64,000 nucleotides of DNA from Candidatus Micrarchaeota archaeon (GTDB lineage Archaea > Micrarchaeota > Micrarchaeia > Micrarchaeales > CABMGC01): contig JAJZLJ010000002.1 of the NCBI GenBank assembly GCA_021850625.1, forward strand, positions 15,830 to 79,829, given 5' to 3'. A program made the position numbers and the translations under genes. Positions 19,130 to 29,488 of this stretch are shown one piece after another (positions within the stretch are counted from its first letter, which is position 1; each line of letters begins with the position of its first letter). A model generated the notes under the pieces. The model was not told the origin of the DNA. It did not search any database and saw only the letters and a list, made by a program, of their open reading frames with translations.

Positions 19130-20620
19130 TTACAATATAAAAAACCATGGAATGAATAGAATTATGAAGATGATCACAGTTATTATAGAAAATAATGTTA
19201 ATGTTTTTGGATTTTTTATGAGATTCTTGTAAATTCTCCATCCATCAAATCCAGGAAATGGAAGAAGATTTACTACTGCGATAAGGAAGTTAAGTATAAG
19301 TGAAAGGGTCAGAAATTGGAATATGAATAATGCAATAGAATAGTATAGTCCTGATTTTATTGCTGTTATACTAGTTATGAATACACCTATCTTGCCGCTT
19401 GAGTTAGCAGTAAGTGAATAGGTGGAAGAGTTGGTAGTTACTACAACTTTAGAAAATGGTTTGTCCGCACTTGCAACTGACTCTAAAGAGGAGATATTTT
19501 TCACTGTTACCCCATTCCACTGTTCGATTATAGAGCCTGGAGTTATCACATTATATGATGGAGAACCAACATTTACGCTAGAGATTTGTAGAGAGGTTGT
19601 TGAGATGTTAGGAGTAATATATGTAAAGAAAATTAAAGTTAATATGAAAAATATAAAGGTGAATAAGAAGTTTGCTGAAATTCCTGCTATAAACATATTA
19701 TTTTGTTTGTACTTTTCAATCTTGCTTAGATGTTTTTCATCGGGCTCTACAAAGGCACCCAGTGGAAGTACACCAAAAAGAACCAGACCTACTTTTTTAA
19801 TCTTCACTTTATAAACACGCGATAAGATTCCATGAGAAAACTCGTGCACTATCAATATAACTGCAAGGGAAAGCACCCCTGCGAAAAGAGGCAATGTTAT
19901 TCCGGGAATTGCTGGAACTAACGCCGGAGTTGCTGTTGATAATGGGGTATAATTAGGCGAAGATGCAGCAATAGATGCGGCTACTGAAAATACACCAGAT
20001 ATTACCTGCCATGCACCTATTAAAAGCGAGGCAAAGATAAAGAAGAAAAAACCCCCAATAAGTACTGCTGCAAGCAAGACATATCCAACTATGCTTATCT
20101 GCGAGACTCCAGAAGCTTGCGTGGATAAAGTACTCGAAAGATTAGGTATGTAAATAAACTGTAATGCTAAAATAAAATATGGATATATAAGAAGTATTAA
20201 TACAATTATTGAAGCTAGTCCTAACACCAAAGCTTTTTTTGAGATTCTTTTTGGAAATAGAAAATAGGATAATACGCCAAAGCTAAGTACCATTCCCCAT
20301 TCTGAGAGAAAAATCCAAAATTGCTTTTTATGATCAGATAATTTTTCTATAATTCCTATACCGGCTTTTCCGCCATAGATGTATAGACCATAATTGCCTT
20401 GTAGAGAATTTATTCTAGCAAGCAAAATACCCACTATAAAGAGACTTAGTATACCAATTACAAAACGTATTAATATAGAGTAAGAAGCCAGATATAGACT
20501 TGTAAGCAAGAAAAACTCAGCTATTATAAAAACTAACGTCAACATATGTTTGGTATTTTTCTGCAATGAAAGCTTTTTATTGTTTTTTTCTATTATTTTT
20601 TTTGGAGGTTTGCTTGGCAT
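19130..20620 (-). CDS. Site-2 protease (M50) with PDZ-like domain
   Basis: HEFSHG, GAFVEPD, AGISANF, NLLPFPGFDG; multiple TMs. Confidence 0.92.
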   Translation of the reverse strand: MPSKPPKKIIEKNNKKLSLQKNTKHMLTLVFIIAEFFLLTSLYLASYSILIRFVIGILSLFIVGILLARINSLQGNYGLYIYGGKAGIGIIEKLSDHKKQFWIFLSEWGMVLSFGVLSYFLFPKRISKKALVLGLASIIVLILLIYPYFILALQFIYIPNLSSTLSTQASGVSQISIVGYVLLAAVLIGGFFFFIFASLLIGAWQVISGVFSVAASIAASSPNYTPLSTATPALVPAIPGITLPLFAGVLSLAVILIVHEFSHGILSRVYKVKIKKVGLVLFGVLPLGAFVEPDEKHLSKIEKYKQNNMFIAGISANFLFTFIFFILTLIFFTYITPNISTTSLQISSVNVGSPSYNVITPGSIIEQWNGVTVKNISSLESVASADKPFSKVVVTTNSSTYSLTANSSGKIGVFITSITAIKSGLYYSIALFIFQFLTLSLILNFLIAVVNLLPFPGFDGWRIYKNLIKNPKTLTLFSIITVIIFIILFIPWFFIL

Positions 20621-20680
20621 GAGTAAAGATTAGCTACAAATATATTTATAAGTTCACTGCTTTATATGATGGGTCATTGT

Positions 20681-21130
20681 ATGTATGATTGTGAGATCTG
20701 TGGCAAAAAAACCAAGTCGTTGTATATAATAGATGTTGAGGGTGCTGAGCTTACAACATGTATGAATTGTGCCGAAGGAAAAAATATAGTAGAAATTATT
20801 GAGGAAGAAAGCCCAAAAATAGGAGTTAGAACAACTCAAAAAACCGAAGAAAGTTCCATAGAGGTAATTGATAATTATGGGGAAGTTATACGCTCTGCGA
20901 GAGAAAAACTAGGAGTGCCGATGAAGGTTCTTGCTGAAATGATAAATGAAAAGGAAAGCATGCTTAATAGAATAGAACATGGAAAGTTGCTACCTAATGA
21001 TAAAGTTGTGCAAAAACTTGAGAAAAATCTAGGTATAAAATTAACTACAAGCATTGAAAAAGGATCACATCTTCAAAACAAAGGCAATGATGCACCAGTA
21101 ACATTGGGCGATGCTGCTGTTAAAAAATAG
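20681..21130 (+). CDS. mbf1: Archaeal multiprotein bridging factor 1
   Basis: CEICG..CMNC Zn ribbon, HTH, TLGD C-terminal motif. Confidence 0.92.
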   Translation: MYDCEICGKKTKSLYIIDVEGAELTTCMNCAEGKNIVEIIEEESPKIGVRTTQKTEESSIEVIDNYGEVIRSAREKLGVPMKVLAEMINEKESMLNRIEHGKLLPNDKVVQKLEKNLGIKLTTSIEKGSHLQNKGNDAPVTLGDAAVKK

Positions 21131-21148
21131 GCATACAACAGTGATTAT

Positions 21149-22207
21149 GTGGCAGTAGACATTGCAAAGCTTGTTGCCGAAATAAAAAGAGGCATTAGCT
21201 TTGAAGAACTGTCAGGAAAAACTATTGTCATAGACGCATATAACACAATATACCAATTCTTATCTATAATAAGGCAGCCTGACGGAACTCCACTTACTGA
21301 TTCTAAAAATAGGGTGACCAGCCATCTTTCAGGACTTCTTTATAGAACCATAAATTTAATAGAAAATGATATACGGCCAGTTTATATCTTCGATGGTATT
21401 CCATCTGTCTTAAAACAGAGAACCATAGATGCTCGCATTAAAAAAAGAAATGATGCACTAGTCGCGTGGAATAAAGCAAAAGAAGAAGGCATGCTTGAAA
21501 GTGCAAGATCACATGCAATGGCCAGTACAAGAATAACACGAGAAATTGTCGATGGAGCAAAGGCTCTTCTTGAATATATGGGAATACCATACATACAAGC
21601 GCCTGGAGAAGGTGAGGCGCAAGGAGCTGTAATGACCAAAAATAATTTAGCTTATGCTTCAGCATCGCAGGATTATGATTCATTTCTTTTTGGAGCTAGT
21701 GGAATAGTAAGAAATCTTACTATAACAGGAAGAAGAAAACTTCCAATGAAAAATGTTTATATAAATATAGAACCTGAATTTGCCACTACCGAGGAACTTT
21801 TAAATAAATTTCAAATAACACAAAGGCAACTTATAATGATAGGTGCTCTTATAGGTACAGACTTTAATACTGGAATAACGAAAGTCGGTCCTAAAACTGC
21901 ACTTAAATTAGTAAAAGAGTATGATACTATAGAAAAACTCGAGAGGGGTATAAAAGAAAAGTATAACGAGGAATTTGATGTTCCATTGATTGAGGTAGTA
22001 GAACTTTTTGAAAAGCCAGATGTTAAAACATTTACACAGAAAGAATTTGATGATTTAATAAAGAAATTTAAGCCGGACAAAGAAAAAATTATAAAATTTA
22101 TGTGTGATGAACATGAGTTTTCTGCCGAGAGAATTGAAAATTCAATCAAAAAACTTTTAGATAGCAGAAATATGGGCAACCAAAAAGGTATAAATAATTG
22201 GATGTAG
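21149..22207 (+). CDS. fen: Flap endonuclease 1
   Basis: IDAYNTIYQFLSIIRQPDGTPL, APGEGEAQ, SQDYD, GTDFN, C-terminal PIP box QKGINNW. Confidence 0.97.
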   Translation: MAVDIAKLVAEIKRGISFEELSGKTIVIDAYNTIYQFLSIIRQPDGTPLTDSKNRVTSHLSGLLYRTINLIENDIRPVYIFDGIPSVLKQRTIDARIKKRNDALVAWNKAKEEGMLESARSHAMASTRITREIVDGAKALLEYMGIPYIQAPGEGEAQGAVMTKNNLAYASASQDYDSFLFGASGIVRNLTITGRRKLPMKNVYINIEPEFATTEELLNKFQITQRQLIMIGALIGTDFNTGITKVGPKTALKLVKEYDTIEKLERGIKEKYNEEFDVPLIEVVELFEKPDVKTFTQKEFDDLIKKFKPDKEKIIKFMCDEHEFSAERIENSIKKLLDSRNMGNQKGINNWM

Positions 22208-22317
22208 AAAAGATAATGATTTTATGCAAAAGACTGTAAGTAAAAAAACAAGAAGGGTAGGAAAAAAATACAGAAAAATGAACTCAATAAACAAGTTAAA
22301 AAAACGAAGCAGAAAGC

Positions 22318-22902
22318 TTATGAAGAGAACAAGGGCAAGGTAAGATCCCGATAAAGTTTGTCATTGAATTCATAAGCAGTTATATCGCTGTTGTTTTTAT
22401 CTATTAAATATTTAAACATAAGTTCTTTATTTTTAAATTTTTTAACTTCTTTTGAATGTTCAAATAATAGTACATTGTTATTGATGTCCTCCGAGTAAAC
22501 AACAACTTTGCTATTATCCTCAATGGATAGCACTAAAACCTTTGTTGCAACGCCTCCAAGAGAAATTAAGATACTGCAGAGTAAAGAGTAGTAATCGAGC
22601 ATGTCTCCTATTCCATTTAGAAGTGTTTCAGATGGAGTTTGCCAAAATTGTATGGGAAGTTGGAGTATAGAGATTTTAGCTTCAAGCTTTTCTAAGACTT
22701 TTATTGAAGCTTCATAGAAATTGCTTTTGAAGTCATAAGGCTCAACTTCATTTTTTATAGAAATAACAAATGCAAAAACTTCATCTGAATCTGGAGTTAT
22801 TAATTTTGGTGTATCTGGAAGATAAAGATTTTCGCTCTGTTCTATATAGGTTTTATATCTCAGTATTATCGATAGATAAAGAGAGTTATATCGCCTAAGC
22901 AA
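22318..22902 (-). CDS. Transglutaminase-like domain protein, catalytic Cys apparently absent
   Basis: FWQTPSETL..GIGDMLDYYSLLCSILISLG resembles WQxPxETL..GxGDCED; start uncertain. Confidence 0.55.
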   Translation of the reverse strand: MLRRYNSLYLSIILRYKTYIEQSENLYLPDTPKLITPDSDEVFAFVISIKNEVEPYDFKSNFYEASIKVLEKLEAKISILQLPIQFWQTPSETLLNGIGDMLDYYSLLCSILISLGGVATKVLVLSIEDNSKVVVYSEDINNNVLLFEHSKEVKKFKNKELMFKYLIDKNNSDITAYEFNDKLYRDLTLPLFSS

Positions 22903-22919
22903 CTCGTTTTCAGAGATAG

Positions 22920-23351
22920 CTACCCTAAAACCACCATAGTCTTCGTATTGACTATGCCTGCTTTTGAATGAATGTAGTCTAGAAGTATCTCCTTGAAATG
23001 CGTAGTATCCTTTGCTATTACACGTATGATTATATCCGCATCGCTCGTTGTTATAAAGCCTTCTCTTACATATATCACAGAAAGAAGCTCTTTTAGAAGT
23101 GTATCCTGCGTTCGATTAAGACTTTTAAGAAGATTTATGTCAACATTTATTAAAACAAACGCAGAAAGAGAAAAACCAGCTTTCTTCCAGTCAATCTCTC
23201 CTTTATAGTATTTAATAATCTTTTCCTTTTCAAGTTTTTTAATGCGAAAGTGCACAGAAGATACTGGAGAATTAAGCTTTTTTGCAAGGGAGGTATACTT
23301 CACTATACCCGAATCTATATTAGTTATGAGCTCTTCATCAAACTCATCCAT
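22920..23351 (-). CDS. Lrp/AsnC family regulator
   Basis: MDEFDEELI, SVHFRIKKLEKEKIIK, IDWKKAG, RAM domain. Confidence 0.9.
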   Translation of the reverse strand: MDEFDEELITNIDSGIVKYTSLAKKLNSPVSSVHFRIKKLEKEKIIKYYKGEIDWKKAGFSLSAFVLINVDINLLKSLNRTQDTLLKELLSVIYVREGFITTSDADIIIRVIAKDTTHFKEILLDYIHSKAGIVNTKTMVVLG

Positions 23352-23640
23352 GATTAAAGTTAAGATACTTAAAAATATAAGGTTTGTGTTACAATACGCT
23401 TTTACTTACAAGATCTTTTTATAGATAAATAGTACAAAGTTCCAGTTCATATTGTTAATATTTAATGTAATAGTATAAGTAGGGTTTATTTTAATAGTAA
23501 AGTTAAATAAGTTATAGCGTGAATTGATGATTTATTGGAAATTTTACAATGAAGTATATTAAACATTGCATAAAAATGATAAAAAATACAATAATATAGA
23601 ATAAAAGTATTTAAAGGAGCTTAATCATTAGTATATGCAG

Positions 23641-23757
23641 TTATTTCTATATCTAAAAAGATAGAGAAATGATTTAGGGGGTTGGGTTGCCCAAAAGATT
23701 AACTCTTTTGGGCTTAATATTTAAGCATTGTTTTTAAATAGCTATGCTTAGGTGGGG
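23641..23757 (+). promoter_or_regulatory. Structured 5' leader with three hairpins
   Basis: Hairpins at 23641-23672, 23689-23713 (perfect GCCCAAAAGA/TCTTTTGGGC) and 23722-23750 (TAAGCAT/ATGCTTA) abutting SD GGTGGGG. Confidence 0.5.
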
Positions 23758-23759
23758 AT

Positions 23760-24044
23760 ATGAATAAACAAGATACGAGATTGACTAGAATGAGGAATAG
23801 ATGCAATGGTTACTCTTTATTTTTTATAAGGCCAACATCTTCCTCAAATGTGCATGATTCTGCTAAAGAACTCATGCAGATAGAAACTGTACAGGAGGTC
23901 ATGATAACCAGTGGAAGATATGGTTTTGTAGTGAAATGTCCTTCTGAGAACAAAAGCGAACAGAAAGTAAGTAGTTATATCAAAAAAAGATATGGAAACG
24001 TAAATGTCTCGAAGCTTGAATGCCATTATCAATATTTAAGATAA
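23760..24044 (+). CDS. Stand-alone Lrp/AsnC ligand-binding (RAM)-like protein
   Basis: ELMQIETVQEVMITSGRYGFVVK matches the RAM core; no HTH; strong SD. Confidence 0.6.
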   Translation: MNKQDTRLTRMRNRCNGYSLFFIRPTSSSNVHDSAKELMQIETVQEVMITSGRYGFVVKCPSENKSEQKVSSYIKKRYGNVNVSKLECHYQYLR

Positions 24045-24198
24045 TGATTTTCTACTAGATATATACAGAGTAAGTCTAATTTACTCTCAGTTTTCGCATA
24101 TTTTTGTTAGATAATATGATAGGAAAAATATTTTATAATATATCAAATGGATAATTAATTTTTAGAAAAAATGTTTTTACATTTTCTTTGTTATGTTG

Positions 24199-25485
24199 CT
24201 ATGAAAAAGTAATTGTTACTAGACCATTCTCTGCTTCTGGAGCGCCTGCACCTGCAGTGTTAGTAATATCACTAACAGAAAGAGCATTTGCCCAACTTGA
24301 ACCTCCACCACCGCCACCGGTATTAAAAGAACTGCTTGCGCCGCCGCCATAATAACCACATCCGCCTCCGCCGTTACCACTACCTCCATAACCACCCAGA
24401 TAATTTGAACCTCCATCACTACCACCAGTGGTCTGAGTACCGCCAGCACCATATGGAGACCCCATACCATTATTTCCAATTAGCCCACCGCCATTACCAC
24501 CATTATTACCAGTATTATAACTACCTCCACCTCCTCCAGCAGCAACGATTATAACGCCAGGATTTGATAATTCATTAGTTATGCTGATTGCTGAACAACC
24601 GCCACCGCCACCGCCGCCTGGAGTTCCACTTCCACCGCCATTTATGCCGCCTCCGCCTCCGCCACCACTTCCAAACCAGGCAATTCCACCTCCACCAACA
24701 AAGACATATAACTCTGTTCCAAAAGATACAGGATATGTTCCAGAAATATAACCCCCATAACCACCGCTGGAATAAAAAGAATATCCTCCTCCTCCACCAG
24801 AAAGTTGCACATTAGCCAAATTACAACCTAAAGGGACAAACATATTATACGGTCCCCCAGGTGTACTAAATGTAGTTGATGTGTCAGAGCAAGCAACAAG
24901 ACCGCTTGATAAAGTTGCCTTTGTTGAAAGAGATGCAATTTGACTCACTTGATTAGGTATGCCATTTTTCGTGTACTGTATCCATAAGGTTCCAGAGAAT
25001 AGAGTTCCTAAACTACTTGATTTTAATTTGCAAGTAAACAATAATGTCGAAGTACTGCCAGATATTGCATTTATTGGTAAATTATACTCGGTAGAAAAAC
25101 TTGATGGTGCAGCAGTAGTATTTGAACATGCTACGCCAGTTATTGTAATCTCAGTACCTGATTCCTGACCAAAAGTTACTAATACATTACCCGTTGTATT
25201 CAATTGAGGATTAGAACACAAGAAACTGGATTGTGCAACACATCCAGAAGAAGATCCCGAAATATTAAATATCCCAAGTTCAAAAAAAGTAACAAGAATT
25301 ACTGCAATAAGAAGAATAGCCCAACCATAAGTCATTAAATATTCCATTGCACTTTGAGCATAAATAGATTTTGATAAAACTCTGTCAAGTTTATTATCAG
25401 AATTTTTTCTGCTTAGACAAAATCTTTTTAAAAAATGATTTATCGATAAACCATTTTTATCATTACTTGAAGTTATATTGTCCAT
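24199..25485 (-). CDS. Class III signal pilin-like protein with glycine-rich C-terminal domain
   Basis: AQSAMEYLMTYGWAILL, CVAQSSFLC, GTLWIQY; GGGGG..GGYISG..LYVFVGGGG..IIVAAGGGGG..GGGGGGSS..NGLVTI. Confidence 0.82.
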   Translation of the reverse strand: MDNITSSNDKNGLSINHFLKRFCLSRKNSDNKLDRVLSKSIYAQSAMEYLMTYGWAILLIAVILVTFFELGIFNISGSSSGCVAQSSFLCSNPQLNTTGNVLVTFGQESGTEITITGVACSNTTAAPSSFSTEYNLPINAISGSTSTLLFTCKLKSSSLGTLFSGTLWIQYTKNGIPNQVSQIASLSTKATLSSGLVACSDTSTTFSTPGGPYNMFVPLGCNLANVQLSGGGGGYSFYSSGGYGGYISGTYPVSFGTELYVFVGGGGIAWFGSGGGGGGGINGGGSGTPGGGGGGGCSAISITNELSNPGVIIVAAGGGGGSYNTGNNGGNGGGLIGNNGMGSPYGAGGTQTTGGSDGGSNYLGGYGGSGNGGGGCGYYGGGASSSFNTGGGGGGSSWANALSVSDITNTAGAGAPEAENGLVTITFS

Positions 25486-25584
25486 TTAATATTTTCCCAT
25501 CGCAAATAATATGTTTTTTATATAGATAACTACAATACTTGTAAATATTAATAGATATAAAGATATAAAGATATAAATATTTGA

Positions 25585-26232
25585 TTATTTTAATTTTGAG
25601 ATAAGTTGCGAGTAATTGTTTATTCTTTTCGAATATCTGTTTAATTTTCTTTTTTTACTGTTTATTACTTTTTGCATCAAGGTTATCTCTCCTTTTCGCA
25701 TAAATTTAAAGATTCCTTTATTTTTTTTATGCAGCTCTGTTGCTATCTGATTCAAAACACGTTCCTCTTTGCTAGATTTACTAGTGTAGGTCGTGAGATT
25801 TTTCTCTATGCCGCTTACTAGTTTTTCATGATATTTTTTAATTGATTTGAGATCTCGCGCTTTAGAGGTAAGTCCAATAAGAATTATATCGGTTATGTCT
25901 GTTGTAAATATGTGCTGATAACCAACAGCAAGCTTTTCTATGAAAGCGAGATAACTTCTTAACTCAGGTATAGACATATGCTTAGAATTGCCTATTATGT
26001 TCTGCATGCATATGGCTTCGTAATCCAAATTTTTTAATAACACCTCCATCCTAGCTGCATGCTCATCGAGAAGTTGGATTGTTGCCGAACCATGTGGCTC
26101 GGTCTTCTCATCCAAAAGCTTGCCGCGCCAGCTATCTTTAACTACTTTTCTTAATATGTCAGTTTCGAATGATGAATTAAAAACTTGGGGGGATTTATTT
26201 TCATTATTATGCGATTGTGTCGTATTTACCAT
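25585..26232 (-). CDS. Hypothetical basic helical/coiled-coil protein
   Basis: 215 aa ORF with GGTG SD, directly downstream of gltX. Confidence 0.65.
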   Translation of the reverse strand: MVNTTQSHNNENKSPQVFNSSFETDILRKVVKDSWRGKLLDEKTEPHGSATIQLLDEHAARMEVLLKNLDYEAICMQNIIGNSKHMSIPELRSYLAFIEKLAVGYQHIFTTDITDIILIGLTSKARDLKSIKKYHEKLVSGIEKNLTTYTSKSSKEERVLNQIATELHKKNKGIFKFMRKGEITLMQKVINSKKRKLNRYSKRINNYSQLISKLK

Positions 26233-26247
26233 TTATTCACCTTGGAT

Positions 26248-27969
26248 TTATAACGATATAAAGCTAGGGGTTTTATCTTTTTTATCTAGCTTGAAGAAGC
26301 CTACGCGTTCAAACTGGACTATCTCGCCAACTTCCAGAGTTTCAGCATAACTTTCTACGTATCCTTCCTTTATATTCAAACTGTTTTTATTGAATGAATC
26401 GTTATTAAGCAAATTACCGACTTCGTATATATTGCAGGTTATAAAATTTCCTTCATTTACCCATTGGACTCTTGGAGCAGTAGAGATTTTTTCTATGTAT
26501 CTCGCTGTTATCTCTCCATTGTTTATATTTTCTATTTTTACATCAAACAAATCCTTAAGTCTCAAATAGCCGCCCGCGATTAAGTTATTTGCATCATATG
26601 TATTTATAAAGAATGTGTTGCTTAGCATGTAATTTCTGTATCCTAAATCTGCACTTGGATGCAACTTTAACTTTGCTTTTGAGCTATCTTCTGTCATACC
26701 ATTTACCGTAAGTTTCAATGGTTTTTCTATAAAAAATAATCGCTTTGAATGATTGTCGAGTATTTTTTTGTTTTCTGTTAAAAGTTGATTTATATCTATA
26801 GAACTTTCTGTTTTGCTCATTCCAAAACGCATTGAGAATTCCTGTATGGCTTTTGGAGTTACACCACGTCTTCTTAAACCAGCTATTGTCACAAGTCTTG
26901 GATCATCGTAGCCCCAAAGAAGCCCTTGTTTAATTAGCTCGTTTATCTTTCTTTTTGAAGTAAGGTTATTAGTTATCTCCAATCTTGATATGCTATGTAT
27001 TCTTGGTTTTCTCAGTGATAAAGAATTAAGAATATAGAAGTAAAGCTCGTCCATCAATTCAAACTCTTTACTGCGTATAACATCAGTTACGCCCTTAATA
27101 GAATCAATTATAGGAGTATTGAATACGTAAGTAGGCCACACAGTATATCTCGTACCCTGACGATAATGTGGTGTAGTTTTTATCCTAAATAGAGTAGGAT
27201 CACGCATAGCGGTATTTAGGGCAGTTAGATCATTATTAAGTCTAACTATAACTCCTTCATCGCTTTGAGTGCTAATCATGCTACGCCACAGATCCATATT
27301 TTCATATATCTCTTGTTTTTTATGTTTGCATGCTATACCACTTACCCTGCTTTTTTTAACATCGTCTGGAGAACAAGAACATACATAGGCATTTCCTTGA
27401 GCGATTAATTTCTCGGATAATTCATAAATTAAATTTATATTATCACTAGCATAATATTCTTCATCGTATGAAACACCAAGCCACTCCATATCCAGTTTCA
27501 TAGCATCTACAAATTCCTGACGCTCAGTATCAGGATTTGTATCGTCAAAATATAATGCCAATTTTCCATCATAAATCTCGGCGAATTTCTTTTCAGTAAA
27601 AAGGACCTTTGCATGACCTAACTGCATTGGCCCGTTTGGTTCTGGTGGAAATCTTGTCATGAAATTTCCTACTACAGCACCTTCAAGAAAAAAATGTGGC
27701 TTTGCTGTTTTTTCAAGTCGTTCCATCTCCTCAGATTTGAAGTCTTCGGAAAAACGTGATGCCTGTTTAGCTATCTCGTCTTTAGAAAGAAGATTAACAT
27801 CTACAACAACTTTTTCTATATATACTGAAAGGGATTTTATGTCAGTTCTAAGTTCAGGAAATTTCGAGAGTATTTTATTTAGAGCAGTTTCCTTCCTTGC
27901 AGTACCATAGTCTAGTGCATTCTTAAGAACTATCTTTTTTATCTCCTCTTTTTGCTTTTCATTTAGCAT
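26248..27969 (-). CDS. gltX: Glutamyl-tRNA synthetase (archaeal type)
   Basis: TRFPPEPNG.M-QLGH, FDDTNP, RDPTLFRI, VWPTY, TSKRK, WGYDDPRL, QFERVGFF. Confidence 0.96.
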   Translation of the reverse strand: MLNEKQKEEIKKIVLKNALDYGTARKETALNKILSKFPELRTDIKSLSVYIEKVVVDVNLLSKDEIAKQASRFSEDFKSEEMERLEKTAKPHFFLEGAVVGNFMTRFPPEPNGPMQLGHAKVLFTEKKFAEIYDGKLALYFDDTNPDTERQEFVDAMKLDMEWLGVSYDEEYYASDNINLIYELSEKLIAQGNAYVCSCSPDDVKKSRVSGIACKHKKQEIYENMDLWRSMISTQSDEGVIVRLNNDLTALNTAMRDPTLFRIKTTPHYRQGTRYTVWPTYVFNTPIIDSIKGVTDVIRSKEFELMDELYFYILNSLSLRKPRIHSISRLEITNNLTSKRKINELIKQGLLWGYDDPRLVTIAGLRRRGVTPKAIQEFSMRFGMSKTESSIDINQLLTENKKILDNHSKRLFFIEKPLKLTVNGMTEDSSKAKLKLHPSADLGYRNYMLSNTFFINTYDANNLIAGGYLRLKDLFDVKIENINNGEITARYIEKISTAPRVQWVNEGNFITCNIYEVGNLLNNDSFNKNSLNIKEGYVESYAETLEVGEIVQFERVGFFKLDKKDKTPSFISL

Positions 27970-28620
27970 TTATGCACCGCTTTGTGTAATATAAGCTTGA
28001 TATACCGTTCCATTCTGATAAACTAAAGCCTTTATAAGTATTGGAACTAGCAGTGAATTTGATGGTATTGTTACATTAAGATAAATACTCCTTACAGAGC
28101 TTGGAAGTACTATTGGAACATTCTGCTGCTTTTGACCTGTACCTCCCGATACGGTAAAGTTTACATACGAAGGAACACTTAACTGCGCAGTTGCATTAAA
28201 AATCAAACATGATTTCTCCTTACTTACCAAATTATTTGAAAAGAAGTTATATAATGAAATTGGAGAGAAGCTTCCAAGATCTATATTAAACTGACGTTGT
28301 GTTTGATAAAATGTTGAGACTGAGTTATTACCCTCTAACAAAGTCAATATGTTAGTAACATTAGAGGCAGTTGAGTTGTATAAACTTTCATTTTTGCATA
28401 TAACATTTATATTGGCAGTTCCGGTATAATTTTCGATTAATGCATTAGAGGTCGTAGTTAGATATATTTTTTGTGCAGTTGAATTAGAAGAGGTCTGGTT
28501 GGAGGTCTGTGTAGACGAAGTAGGAGTCGTATTGAGATTTGCAAATACCGCATAGGAGGATATAAACAATACACCTATAAAAATTGAGAAGATTACCTCG
28601 AGCTTTTTTTTGTTTTCCAT
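27970..28620 (-). CDS. Hypothetical N-terminally anchored glycoprotein
   Basis: TM at N-terminus, many N-x-S/T sequons; stop abuts gltX ATG. Confidence 0.65.
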   Translation of the reverse strand: MENKKKLEVIFSIFIGVLFISSYAVFANLNTTPTSSTQTSNQTSSNSTAQKIYLTTTSNALIENYTGTANINVICKNESLYNSTASNVTNILTLLEGNNSVSTFYQTQRQFNIDLGSFSPISLYNFFSNNLVSKEKSCLIFNATAQLSVPSYVNFTVSGGTGQKQQNVPIVLPSSVRSIYLNVTIPSNSLLVPILIKALVYQNGTVYQAYITQSGA

Positions 28621-28733
28621 ATAATCACACAAAACCTTTTAATAATAAACTATATAATATATAAGTTAAATTAAAAGGCTTTCGAAACATATATGTTTTG
28701 TATTGTTTTTATATATTACGCTTAAGTGATTTT

Positions 28734-29420
28734 ATGGCTTTTAAGGATGGAGATTTTGTAAAGATAGAATATAGCATATGGAGAGGCTCTGATAACATGC
28801 TTGTTATGACGACAGATAAGAAGCTTGCTGAAGAAAATGATATATATGACAAGGAGTTCAAATATGAACCGCGCTTGGTTATTTTAGGAAAAGATAATAT
28901 GATAAAGGGCGTTGTTGATGTTTTGAAGAATATGAACGTAGGAGATAAAAAGAAAGTAGAGATAACACCTGAGAATGCCTTTGGAGAACGAATTCAAGAG
29001 TTAGTACGTATTCTTCCAGTATCGGACTTTAGAAAAAGGGATATGAATCCTATGCCAGGAATGCAAGTAGAGATAGATGGCGCTATTGCTACTGTTAAAA
29101 GCGTTAACTCAGGAAGAGTTATGATAGATGCTAATCATCCTCTAGCAGGAGAAAAAATAACCTGCGAGATAAAGGTGCTCGAAGGAATTAATAGTACAGA
29201 AGAAAGAACTAAAAGTGTAATGGAACAGTATGGGCTTAAACCGGATAAAGTAAAACTTGATGGAAAATCTGTTATAATAACTTTCGGAGCCGATACGAAA
29301 AAAGATGGAAGATATTTTATAGATAAATCTTCTGCTGTAGAGATGATGATTAGTAATATGGAAATTGACAAGGTAATTATTCAGGAAGAATATACAAAAG
29401 AAGGGAAAAAAGATAAATGA
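28734..29420 (+). CDS. slyD: Long-type FKBP peptidyl-prolyl isomerase (SlyD-like)
   Basis: GDFVKIEY, PENAFGER, GRVMIDANHPLAG. Confidence 0.92.
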   Translation: MAFKDGDFVKIEYSIWRGSDNMLVMTTDKKLAEENDIYDKEFKYEPRLVILGKDNMIKGVVDVLKNMNVGDKKKVEITPENAFGERIQELVRILPVSDFRKRDMNPMPGMQVEIDGAIATVKSVNSGRVMIDANHPLAGEKITCEIKVLEGINSTEERTKSVMEQYGLKPDKVKLDGKSVIITFGADTKKDGRYFIDKSSAVEMMISNMEIDKVIIQEEYTKEGKKDK

Positions 29421-29488
29421 TTTCAGGTAAATAAGTTATAAATTAAGTAAAAAATAAGTAAAAAAATTTAAATTTATTTATAGGATAG

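Noticed and set aside
24219-24815. Short His/Arg-rich and Val-rich ORFs
   Set aside because: Shadows of the Gly-rich pilin domain
25553-25576. AGATATAA repeated three times
   Set aside because: Short AT-rich microsatellite, plausible by slippage; no functional evidence
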